Below are positions 18,949 through 27,887 of a stretch of DNA of 64,000 bases, piece after piece. Where the stretch lies: NCBI GenBank assembly GCA_963804995.1, contig CAWDSK010000009.1, forward strand, positions 288,001 to 352,000, in the 5' to 3' direction. Position numbers and translations under genes: made by a program. Numbering within the stretch: the stretch's first letter is position 1; every line of letters starts with the position of its first letter. Source of the stretch: an uncultured Acidobacteriota bacterium. Lineage in GTDB: Bacteria; Acidobacteriota; Terriglobia; UBA7540. Below the pieces are notes generated by a model. That model had not been told where the DNA came from and did no database searches. It saw nothing but the letters and a program-made list of their open reading frames with translations.

Positions 18949-20163
18949 ATGAGCCACTCACTCGGAAATCTTCGCACCATCCCCGCCGCAACGAGGCTCG
19001 AACGCGTGCGCTACGCCATTCGTGACCTGGCGGTTCTGGCAGAGCAAATGGCGCGAGAAGGCAAGACCATCCTTCCACTGAATATTGGCGATCCCCTGAA
19101 TTTCGACTTCTGCACTCCTCCTCACCTGATCGAAGCCGTCAACCGCGCCATGCGCGAGGGCAGGAATGGTTACGCGCCGTCACTCGGCGTTCCCGAAGCC
19201 ATTGAGGCCATCCGCGCCGAAGCCGAGCGCAAAGGCATCCGCAACCTTCAAAGCGTTTTCCTGACCGCCGGAGTCAGCGAGGCCGTGGACATTTGTCTGA
19301 CGGCGCTGGTGAATCCCGGCGAAAACATTCTGACGCCCTGCCCAGAATATCCTCTTTACTCAGCCGTGCTGGCCAAGCTCGGCACGCAGCCCAACACCTA
19401 CCAACTCAACGAAGAAAACTCATGGGAGCCTGACCTCGAAGACATCGAGCGCCGGATATTTGCCGGCACGCGTGCCATTGTGGTGAGTAATCCCAACAAT
19501 CCCACGGGCGCGGTTTACTCGCGAAAGACCTTGGAGGGCATCATCGAGTTGGCGCGCCAGAACAACCTGGTGATTATTGCTGACGAAATCTACGACAAGC
19601 TGATTCTGGATGACGCCCCGCACACTTCGCTCGCCGCTTTGGCGCCGGATGTTCCGGTGGTGACCCTTAACGGACTCTCCAAGTCCTACCTCGTGCCGGG
19701 CTGGCGCGTGGGATGGGGCGTGGTCAGCGGCGACGCCGCGGCCACGAAGCCCTACGTTGAGGGAATTCATCAATTGCTGCGGGCACGGCTGTGCTCAAAC
19801 CATCCCCAGCAATATGCCGTGCGTCCGGCGCTCGAAGGACCGCAGGATCATTTGGCGGAGGTGCGCAGCAAACTGCGGGTGCGGCGCGACCTGACTGTCA
19901 GTTGCTGTCGCGCCATGCCCCACGTGAGTTGTGTCGCACCACGCGGGGCTTTTTACGCCTTCCCCAGAATCGATATTCCTGATCGCGATGAGCATTTCGT
20001 AAAGCAGTTGTTGGCGGAAAAGCAGGTGCTTGTCGTGCACGGCAGCGGTTTCGGCCAAGCCCCCGGAACGCAGCACTTCCGCATCGTGTTCCTGCCGGAA
20101 GAATCCACGCTCACGCGAGCCTATCAGGGAATACGCGACTTCATGGTGGAGCACTACGCGTAA
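18949..20163 (+). CDS. PLP-dependent aminotransferase class I/II (AlaA-like)
   Basis: LNIGDP, NPNNPTGAVY, ADEIYDK, GLSKSYLVPGWRVGW. Confidence 0.93.
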   Translation: MSHSLGNLRTIPAATRLERVRYAIRDLAVLAEQMAREGKTILPLNIGDPLNFDFCTPPHLIEAVNRAMREGRNGYAPSLGVPEAIEAIRAEAERKGIRNLQSVFLTAGVSEAVDICLTALVNPGENILTPCPEYPLYSAVLAKLGTQPNTYQLNEENSWEPDLEDIERRIFAGTRAIVVSNPNNPTGAVYSRKTLEGIIELARQNNLVIIADEIYDKLILDDAPHTSLAALAPDVPVVTLNGLSKSYLVPGWRVGWGVVSGDAAATKPYVEGIHQLLRARLCSNHPQQYAVRPALEGPQDHLAEVRSKLRVRRDLTVSCCRAMPHVSCVAPRGAFYAFPRIDIPDRDEHFVKQLLAEKQVLVVHGSGFGQAPGTQHFRIVFLPEESTLTRAYQGIRDFMVEHYA

Positions 20164-20187
20164 GGATTTATTTGGCGCCGGGCGCGA

Positions 20188-20379
20188 ATGGTCCGGCTGA
20201 TTCGGAGCGCGACAAACTTGGCAAACCCTGAAGACGTATCCAAACCCGGCAATCCTGAATCCGCCCCGGAGTTTGCAAATCAGTTTTGCCCTGTCTGCTC
20301 AAGCCGACTCCAATCGCGACACTGCAAGATGCTTTGCCCACGCTGCGGATATTTCATGTCCTGCTCGGAATTTGAATAG
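20188..20379 (+). CDS. Small Cys-rich zinc-ribbon protein
   Basis: CPVC...HCKMLCPRCGYFMSCSEF, six Cys; start uncertain. Confidence 0.65.
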   Translation: MVRLIRSATNLANPEDVSKPGNPESAPEFANQFCPVCSSRLQSRHCKMLCPRCGYFMSCSEFE

Positions 20380-20766
20380 CCGATGTCCCTTGCGGTTCAG
20401 TTTCGACCACTCTGCGGGAACACCATACCTAATCCCGACGCCGCGATGGGCGAGTGACCCCACTGTTTAGAATTTACATGGTTCGCCCTATATCGATTTC
20501 GGCGTCCCAGTCCCCATTTTTAAGTGGGACCTCGCTCGCTATGCCCCGCGCAAGGCAACTTCTGGGACAAATTTCAAGGCTTGTCCCACCACTTCTTTTG
20601 CTCGCATCGCCCCGCGCTCAGGTGACATTTTGGCATCCTGCCGCCTACCTCCAGAGTGCTTCACCTCCCCGTCGCCACACCCCGACCGATGGCCCGTTAA
20701 TCGAACCGGGCCGATCAATCGTGAATTGAACCGGACATTTCAGGTGCTGACGGCAAACAATGAAGA

Positions 20767-20795
20767 TTTACATTGGGCCAGGAGCCTTGTAGAAT
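20767..20795 (+). promoter_or_regulatory. Candidate sigma70 promoter of the STAS gene
   Basis: TTTACA-17 bp-TAGAAT. Confidence 0.5.
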
Positions 20796-20960
20796 GCGCC
20801 TTCCCGTTTGGCGGGTGGCGAGCCCCTCGAACGCGTTACGCAAGGCTTCCGCACTCCTGGCAACCCCGCAGAAACCCTCATGATTCCGGGGATTGTTCCG
20901 CGAGGCAGCTCCGAGCGAATCGGGAGGTGAAGGGCTCGCGGGTCCTCACAGGAGGCTCAG

Positions 20961-21311
20961 ATGGCATTGACGATGTACGAAAAGGAAATCAGCGGAGTCA
21001 GTGTTCTGCACCTCGCCGGCAACGTCACTCTGGGAGACGAGACCAACCTGCTCCGCACGAAGCTCGGGGAGTTGATGGCGCATGGCAGAACGCGTTTGGT
21101 CCTCGACCTCGCCGAAGTGCATTACATTGACAGCGCCGGATTGGGCACGCTGGTAGCGGGATTCACTTCGGCCCAGAACCAGGGCGCCGACATGAAGCTG
21201 GCTAACCTGACCAAGCGTTTCAAGGAGCAGCTTCACATCACGAAGCTGGTCACGGTGTTCGACGTTTACGACAGCGTGGAAGATGCCGTCAAGTCCTACA
21301 CCTCGGCCTGA
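20961..21311 (+). CDS. STAS-domain anti-sigma factor antagonist
   Basis: LDLAEVHYIDSAGLG with phosphorylatable Ser, ITKL.TVF; AGGAGG RBS. Confidence 0.93.
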   Translation: MALTMYEKEISGVSVLHLAGNVTLGDETNLLRTKLGELMAHGRTRLVLDLAEVHYIDSAGLGTLVAGFTSAQNQGADMKLANLTKRFKEQLHITKLVTVFDVYDSVEDAVKSYTSA

Positions 21312-21427
21312 TCTGCGCCGCGCGTCCTTGCGGAAGCTTTCCTTCCCCACGCACATCCTTCGCGGTCGAGGGGCGCTTGGAACCGCACCCGCACGCTCCC
21401 TTCGGCTCAGGTTCCACGGGAGGTATC

Positions 21428-22453
21428 ATGGGCAGTCAACTCGGGTTGGGTATCGCGCTGGTATTGCTGGGAGGTGTGCTCAACGGCAGCTTCGCGGCGC
21501 CCATGAAGCGGCTCTCCGCCTGGCGGTGGGAGAACATCTGGCTGGTTTATGCTCTCGCCGGGCTCATCGTCTTTCCCTGGGCGATTGCCGTCGCTACGGT
21601 CCCGCATCTGGCCAGCGTCTACGCGCAAACCCCGCCCGCCGTCCTCGCCAAGGTTTGCCTCTTCGGTCTCGCCTGGGGAGTCGGCGCGGTCCTGTTCGGA
21701 TTGGGAATCGACCGCGTCGGCCTCGCGCTGGGGTTCGCCGTAATCCTGGGAATCACCTCCTCCTTCGGGTCGTTGCTGCCTTTGATTATCCTGCATCGTG
21801 AACAACTGCTCACCACCCACGGCCTCGCGCTGATGGCGGGGACGCTGGTGATGGCTATCGGCCTCGCGCTCCTGGGCGTAGCGGGCAAACGCCGCGAGCG
21901 TGAGCAGATGGCCGGCGCCGCGGCCTCAACGCGTTCGGGCTTCGGCACGGGCCTGCTGATCTGCATTCTCTCCGGAATCTTTTCCTCGATGTTCAACTTC
22001 GCCTTTGTCTTCGGCGAGGACCTGCGCCTGCAGGCGCTCCAGGCGGGAGCCGCACCGGCTATGGGTGGTAACGCCATCTGGGCGCTGTCGGTCGGCAGCG
22101 GCTTCATCGTGAACGCCGTCTACTGCATCTACCTCCTGAATAAAAACCACACCTGGGGCGCCTACATTCAAAAGCCCTCGGGCATCAGCTACTGGCTGGG
22201 CGGCGCTTTGATGGGAGCGCTCTGGTTCAGCGGCATCGTGGTTTACGGTATGGGCGCCGCCGCACTGGGCGCCTTGGGCGCCATCATCGGCTGGTCCGTC
22301 TACATGTCCATCAACATCATCACCGGCATCCTGTGGGGATTTGTGAACGGCGAGTGGAAAAGCGCCAGCCGCACCTCCCTGGGCTACTGCCTGGCCGGGA
22401 TCGGCGTCCTCTTCCTCGCCATCGCCGTCATCTCCCTCGGCAACGCCGCCTGA
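21428..22453 (+). CDS. rhaT: L-rhamnose/H+ symporter RhaT family
   Basis: GSFAAPMK...WRWENIW, ~10 TM, C-terminal WG...GEWK; GGAGG RBS. Confidence 0.8.
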   Translation: MGSQLGLGIALVLLGGVLNGSFAAPMKRLSAWRWENIWLVYALAGLIVFPWAIAVATVPHLASVYAQTPPAVLAKVCLFGLAWGVGAVLFGLGIDRVGLALGFAVILGITSSFGSLLPLIILHREQLLTTHGLALMAGTLVMAIGLALLGVAGKRREREQMAGAAASTRSGFGTGLLICILSGIFSSMFNFAFVFGEDLRLQALQAGAAPAMGGNAIWALSVGSGFIVNAVYCIYLLNKNHTWGAYIQKPSGISYWLGGALMGALWFSGIVVYGMGAAALGALGAIIGWSVYMSINIITGILWGFVNGEWKSASRTSLGYCLAGIGVLFLAIAVISLGNAA

Positions 22454-22479
22454 CAGAATCGGGAGATCGGGCCATCTGG

Positions 22480-23960
22480 CCATTGGTTCATCGGTTCATT
22501 GATTCATTGATTCATTGATTCATTTGGTGATTGGGTCATTTGTGATTTGCGATTTGTGATTTGCGATTGCCAACCCTCGGCCGAATTGGGCTCATCTTCC
22601 GTCTTGAACCTACCGATAACCGTAGCGGGGCAGTGTGTCACGGCCGGCGAAGTCGGGGGGTGGGCTAACGGTTAATCTCTGCAACGTCAAATTTCATAGC
22701 CCTCTCCGAGGGGAGAGGGTGGCGCACTGCCGGCGTACTCACCAGCCGGAGCGCGACGGGTGAGGGGTCACGTTGCTTGTCAGGGCCACTAAGTTTCCCT
22801 CGTCCTGGGCGTCGATCCTGCCGATAACCGATGTGGGGGAGTGCGTCACGGCGGGCTTGGGGGTCGGTGGGGCGATTGGGCTATCGGTTCATCAGCACAA
22901 GGGGAAAACTCATAGCCCTCTCCGAGGGGTCGCAGATTCCGCCGCGGCGGGAGAGGGTGGACCGCGGCCGGCGTTTTCATCAGCCGGCGCGGGACGGGTG
23001 AGGGGTCACTTCGCGCCTATCGCCCAGACTGCCCATGGGGCTCACGTTTCGTCATAAACCCACCGATAAACGATTTGGAGAAGTGTGGCACGGGCGGATC
23101 GGTCCATCGGCCCATCGGTTCATCGGGAGATTGAGTGATTGGCGATTGGCGAAGTCGATTTTAGGCTCAGGTTCGTGTGCTAACCCACCGATTACCGATA
23201 CGGGGAAGTGTGTCACGGCGGGGGTTGGGGCGTCGGTGCTGCTGCCTTTTCGCCCTTAGATTTTGCCTTATTCTCGTCACTGGTCACTGGTCACTGCTTT
23301 TGCAACGTGTCACGGCGGGGGTTGGGGCGTCGGTACGGCTGCCTTTTCACCCTTAGATTTTGCCCTTATTCTCGTCACTCGTCACTCGTCACTCGTCACT
23401 GCTCTCGCAGTGTGGCACCGCGCGGATTGGTTCATTGATTCATCGGGTCATTGAATCATTGCGTGACCGGGTGATTTGTGATTGCCAATCCTCCCGCGTG
23501 CTAATTGGGCTCACGTTCCGTCTTAAACCAACCGATAACCGATGTGGGGAAGTGTGTCACGGCGGGCTTGAGGGTCGGTGGGAGGATGGGACTATCGGTT
23601 CATCTGCATAAAGCGAAGACTCATAGCCCTCTCCGAGGGGAGAGGGTGGACCGCGGCCCGCGTTTTCATCAGCGGGCGCGGGACGGGTGAGGGGTTACTC
23701 CGCTTGTCACGGGCCACTCAGTTTGCCTCATCCTGGGTGTAGATCCTACCGGTTACCGATGTGGAGAAGTGCGTCACGGCGGATTGGTTCATTGAATCAT
23801 CGGTTCATTGATTCATGGGGTGATCAGGTGATTTGCGATTTGCGATTGGGCGATTGATGGGCTTCAGTCCGTTGAGTTTGGTTCATTTTCGCGTCCCATT
23901 CTGCCGATAATCGTAGTGGGGTAGTGTGTCCCGGCCAGCGAAGTCGTTCGGTGGGCTCGT
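22480..23960. repeat. Non-coding mosaic array: 7 full copies of a 33-bp core (RCCGATAACCGATGTGGGGAAGTGTGTCACGGC-like) with REP hairpins and heptamer tracts between them
   Basis: Core copies start at 22612, 22820, 23062, 23187, 23531, 23748, 23903; CCCTCTCC/GGGTGAGGGG REPs at ~22700, ~22916, ~23627. Confidence 0.8.
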
Positions 23961-24230
23961 GAGCCAATTGGTTTCTTATCCACTCATCGTGCCAGCCTGG
24001 GGCCGGGGCCGTGTCGGCCCTCTGGGTACCCATGAGGGGTACCCCTACGCCGGTCGGCAGGGCCGAACGGCCCTCGGCCCGGGCCAGCGTCGCCCAGGCT
24101 GAAAGTCCGCCGATCCTAATGGTGGACGCCCGAAGCCGGCTCTGGGGCGCAGGGCGCTGGCCCCTACGTTGTGCCACGGGCAGCCTGCCCCGATGTATCG
24201 GGGTCCGAAGCTGTGAAGAAATAGGCAATC

Positions 24231-24310
24231 TCGCGCAGAGACGCAGAGGCGCAGAGAAAACGAATCAGTTATTTGCTTAAAATCTCTGCGCCTCAGCGGC
24301 TCTGCGGGAG
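24231..24310. repeat. Inverted repeat (cgcagag-type)
   Basis: ctcgcgcagagacgcagaggcgcagag ... ctctgcgcctcagcggctctgcgggag. Confidence 0.55.
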
Positions 24311-24678
24311 ATACTTTTGCCCGCTCAGGGATTTTTTCACACCTTCTCCCGCACGTGACCGGCACGGCCAGGACCCCGATGCATCGGGGCAGGTCGGCCG
24401 TGGCACATTTCGGTTGCGGCCCGCCGCCCTGCGCGACCCAATCCAAGCACAGGACTCAGAAACCAACCCAGTACTCGAACCCCGAATCCCCAACCCCGAA
24501 TCCCGCCCCCCTGACACCTGGCACCTGATACCTGACACCTCCGATAAGATTTTGCCCTTGCATCGCAGGTAAAGTGGCGGTTTAATCGCGCCACCCTTTC
24601 GCCAGCCCGAGTGTCCCTGGGAGGCTGGGCGTGGTAAATATCTCCGCTGCCGTGACTGCGGGGCTATCTGCTACCCGC

Positions 24679-24707
24679 TTGACGTAACTACAAATTGTAG
24701 CTACAGT
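24679..24707 (+). promoter_or_regulatory. TA promoter with palindromic operator
   Basis: TTGACG-17 bp-TACAGT with CTACA-AAT-TGTAG in the spacer. Confidence 0.65.
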
Positions 24708-24770
24708 ATCATCTCCGTGAGGAAGGCAACGAAGCATGAAGAAATCAGCTACTTCGAAATCGCGGACTAA
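24708..24770 (+). pseudogene. brnT: C-terminal relic of a BrnT-type toxin
   Basis: Reads IISVRKATKHEEISYFEIAD*, the IIS.RKA tail of BrnT; overlaps the brnA start; no start codon. Confidence 0.7.
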
Positions 24771-25047
24771 TTGGAAGCGAGTAGACGCGCTGAAGGATGA
24801 CCGAATAGATTTTTCTGATACGCCGGAATTGACGCCGGAGATGTTTGCCCGGGCCATCGTTCGGCGGGGCCTGAAGCTCGCGCCCCGGAAAGCCCAACTC
24901 ACCCTCCGGGTCGATAGCGATGTCCTGGAATGGTATAAGCAACAGGGGCCAGGTTATCAAACCCGCATCAATGCTCTGCTCCGCGCTTATATGCAGGAAC
25001 ATGGCAAGCGTAGTGGTAGCCACGGTGTCGCCGCGGCGACCCTTTGA
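24736..25047 (+). CDS. brnA: BrnA-family antitoxin
   Basis: TNWKRVDAL.D..IDFSDTPEL, TLRVDSDVLEWYK..G.GYQTRINALLR. Confidence 0.92.
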   Translation: MKKSATSKSRTNWKRVDALKDDRIDFSDTPELTPEMFARAIVRRGLKLAPRKAQLTLRVDSDVLEWYKQQGPGYQTRINALLRAYMQEHGKRSGSHGVAAATL

Positions 25048-25119
25048 TTGACCGTGGGGTTCGTCTTGCACGGAAAAGCCCGCGGACAGAAGGGGTCGCC
25101 CCGGCGACTCCGTGGCTAC
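25016..25119. repeat. GTAG-type REP doublet (REPIN-like)
   Basis: gtagccacggtgtcgccgcggcgacc ... ggtcgccccggcgactccgtggctac; related copies near 28272 and 29606-29640. Confidence 0.7.
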
Positions 25120-25183
25120 CCGCTTCGCGCGCGGCGGCTCCGTCGACTCGGACCGGACCAAAGTGACGCAAGCCGGGAAGCAA

Positions 25184-25986
25184 CTACTGCTTCTCGGCGA
25201 CGTATGTTGATGTTCGGCCCCTCAGCTTATCCGTCGAGACCGCCGTCATCTTCTTCCCATCGGGTGAGACGGCCAGTTTGTTTACTTCGACTGCCTTGCC
25301 ATCGCGCTTGAGCGTCTCCTCCATCGTGCGGTCATCAACACGCTTCAGAGAGACAGAGTTGTAGTTATACGATCCCTTGACTGGATAGTCTTTGCCGTCC
25401 AGCTTCGCCGTGTAGCTCTCGCCTGTCGGATGCGGACATACTCAGCTCATCGCCACTGCTCTTGTAGGTCAATATGAGGCCAATTTTCACTCACTTTTTC
25501 CTTGTTGATTCGCCACGAGCCAGAAGTCCCATTCGCTCCAGCCGGCGCCTTTCCGACCCGAGTGTACGTACTTTCCGAGCTCACCGGTTGATCGCTGTTC
25601 TCCTGATGGGTGATTTGCTTCCACGTCAGAGTGTTGCCGTCGTCCGACACAGTCCGAGTCTGCTCGGCCACCGTCTTGCCGTTCTTTTTGAACGTGACGG
25701 CAATCGACTTGGGATCAACTTCACGCACACTGATCGTGTCATAAAACTGGCCGGTGACGGGCTGGTCCTGCCCATCAGCCTTCACGTGAATCGTCGGGCT
25801 GCAATAGGAACAGTCATACATGCCTTTGTTCACCGAAAAGACCATGGGCTTCGGTGATAGCTTGGATTGGTCCATGTTGAAGTGCCATGTGCCGTTGAAG
25901 GGGCTTTGCGCAAACGATGATGCAGGAGCCCACAACACCGGCATGAGAAACAACGCGTAAACAATGAGCCGCTCGATTTTGTTCAT
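25184..25986 (-). pseudogene. Secreted two-domain beta-rich protein with two single-base insertions (~25482, ~25430); pseudogene or assembly error
   Basis: Signal peptide + FNGTW; after correction continues GLILTYKSSGDELSMS..PTGESYTAKLDGKDYPV...VSPDGK..TYVAEKQ*, echoing domain 1 (KADGQDQPV, VSDDGN). Confidence 0.7.
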
Positions 25987-26030
25987 ATGAGTTCTCCACC
26001 ACCAGGATTTTGATTTCCGCACTCGCACTG

Positions 26031-26495
26031 CTACTTCTTGGTGATCTTCGCAGTAGCCGAGGCCACACACTGCCAACGGCCGTCCTTCTTGATCCAGGTA
26101 TCTGTGCCTCGGAATTGGCCGCTGACGTCCTTACCTTTGTATCGCTCCTTGGTCGTCCAGCGCATGAGGACCACTGCCGCATCCCCGTAAACACGGACAT
26201 TCCACTCGTCTCCGACGGCGGAGGTGAACACAGCCTCGCCAGACTTGTAGCTGGCGAGAGTCTGGGCCTTGGTCCAGATGGTCCCGTCCTCCGGGTCGAT
26301 GTAAATCCAGTCATCCGTCATAATCCGGTTAAGTACCACCATATCCAGCTTGACAATGGCGTTGTTCCAATCGTTTTCCAGCTTGATTAGCTCCTTTTCG
26401 ACGCTTGCACTCGGTGCTGGTGCCGGCTTTGCTTGCGCAAAGGCCTGGCAAGACACCGCGAGCACCATCACAACCGCTGTTAAAATTCCCTTCAT
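26031..26495 (-). CDS. NTF2-like / DUF4440 family secreted protein
   Basis: LENDWNNA, VRVYGDAAVV, TDTWIKKDGRWQCVA; AAGGAGGT RBS. Confidence 0.88.
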   Translation of the reverse strand: MKGILTAVVMVLAVSCQAFAQAKPAPAPSASVEKELIKLENDWNNAIVKLDMVVLNRIMTDDWIYIDPEDGTIWTKAQTLASYKSGEAVFTSAVGDEWNVRVYGDAAVVLMRWTTKERYKGKDVSGQFRGTDTWIKKDGRWQCVASATAKITKK

Positions 26496-26594
26496 ATGAC
26501 ACCTCCTTAGATTTGAGTACTTGTAACGCCGCCCTTGAGGGCGGCACATGCCGGGCTCAAGCCCGGCGCTCGAGTTTCTACATTTCCAGTTCAG

Positions 26595-26820
26595 CACCAC
26601 CCCGGCTCAGCACCAGCCCGGCGCTCGGCGCGCCACCCCTCCTCATCTGAGGCCGTCTCAAAACTAGGTATTTCTGACTTTTGCACAGCGTAAGTTATTG
26701 ATTATTCGTCGTAAAAACCGTGAATTTGCCAGTTTTGAGACCGCCTCATCTGAGGAGGGGAGCTTTTAAGAACTCCCCTCCTGATTTAGGAGGGGTGGCA
26801 TCGCGGATGCCGGGGTGGTT
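26595..26820. repeat. CCCCTCCT..AGGAGGGG REP cluster
   Basis: Same family at 37980-38124 and 44275-44563. Confidence 0.75.
26649..26747. mobile_element. 99-bp MITE with 17-bp TIRs and 4-bp ATCT duplication, inserted in a REP hairpin loop
   Basis: gaggccgtctcaaaact / agttttgagaccgcctc, flanked by ATCT at 26645-26648 and 26748-26751. Confidence 0.75.
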
Positions 26821-27044
26821 ACCCGCTCGAAGGGCGCAAGTTTGGCCCACGGGTAAAAATGTAGAAACTCCAGTGCCGGGCTAAACCCCGGCGCTACAAC
26901 ATCGACGCTGACATCGTATGTGCCGCGATTTGTGACGCACTACACAGGCAGCCACGGCACGATGCTTGTACCGCGGGCCTTGGCCTGTTCCGTCCAGGAA
27001 TCCGCGGCGTGAAGCTCATGCCGTGGCTAGAGATTCTCTCACGC

Positions 27045-27887
27045 TTACGCGGCGGCCTTGTCTTCGGCCTTGGCGAGCGGCGGCAGAGCGCCGAGTTGCT
27101 GCAAGAAGCCCAGGGCGTCCCATTGCCCTCGGTACTCAACGATCTTGCCCTCGACAATCCGGTAGGTGTCTGTGCCGCTGGTTGTCACCTTCTTGCCGGT
27201 GGGCGCGAGGCCCATGAACTCCCCCTGGTGGGTGCCAGTGCCACTCCAGCGGATTACCAGCTTGTCACCCTCCGCTACCAGGTCCTCAATCGTAAATCGG
27301 ATGTCGGGAAAGGCGGCAAGTATTGAGGCCAGGTATTGTTTCAAAGCCTCACCTTTGAGCTCCCCTGTTTCGGGTCTGTACCACACGCAGTCCGCATAGA
27401 GCTCGTCCAAGAGGGCCAGATCGTGCTTGTTCAAGCCCTCCTCAATCACGCGTCGAAGTAGAGCCTTGTTGTCCTCGCTTGCCTGCGGCGCCGCGCCGAG
27501 TTGCTGGAAGAAGCCCTGGGCGTCCCATTCCTCCCGCAACTCGACGATCTTGCCCTCGACAATCCGGCTGATGTTTATGCCGCTGGTTGTCACCTGCTTG
27601 CCGGTGGGCGCGAGGCCCATGAACTCCCCCTGATGGGTGCCAGTGCCACTCCAGCGGGTCACCACCTTGTCACCCTCGGCTACCTGGTCCTCAATCGTAA
27701 TTCGAAGGTCGGGAAAGGTGGCAAGCATTGAGGCCGCGAATTGTTTCATAGTCTCACCTTTGAGCTCCACTGTGGCAGGTCTGTACCACGCGCAGTCCGC
27801 ATAGAGCTCATCCAAGAGGGCCAGATTACCCTTATTGAAGCCCTCCTCAATCACCCGTCGATCTAGAGCCTTGTTTTCTTCTGACAT
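27045..27887 (-). CDS. Tandem two-domain SnoaL-like ester cyclase
   Basis: Two copies of FPD....IED.VAEGDK.V.RWSGTGTHQGEFMGLAPTGK.V; 405-nt period. Confidence 0.92.
   Translation of the reverse strand: MSEENKALDRRVIEEGFNKGNLALLDELYADCAWYRPATVELKGETMKQFAASMLATFPDLRITIEDQVAEGDKVVTRWSGTGTHQGEFMGLAPTGKQVTTSGINISRIVEGKIVELREEWDAQGFFQQLGAAPQASEDNKALLRRVIEEGLNKHDLALLDELYADCVWYRPETGELKGEALKQYLASILAAFPDIRFTIEDLVAEGDKLVIRWSGTGTHQGEFMGLAPTGKKVTTSGTDTYRIVEGKIVEYRGQWDALGFLQQLGALPPLAKAEDKAAA

Noticed and set aside
22773..23690. Short ORFs with recurring PITDVGKCVTAG / PTDNRCGEVCHGG
   Set aside because: They are translations of the DNA repeat in different frames, with no RBS or consistent frame.
22590..23935. 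CRISPR array interpretation of the 33-bp repeats
   Set aside because: Repeats are degenerate, spacers are 92-311 bp and themselves repetitive, and there are no cas genes in the window.
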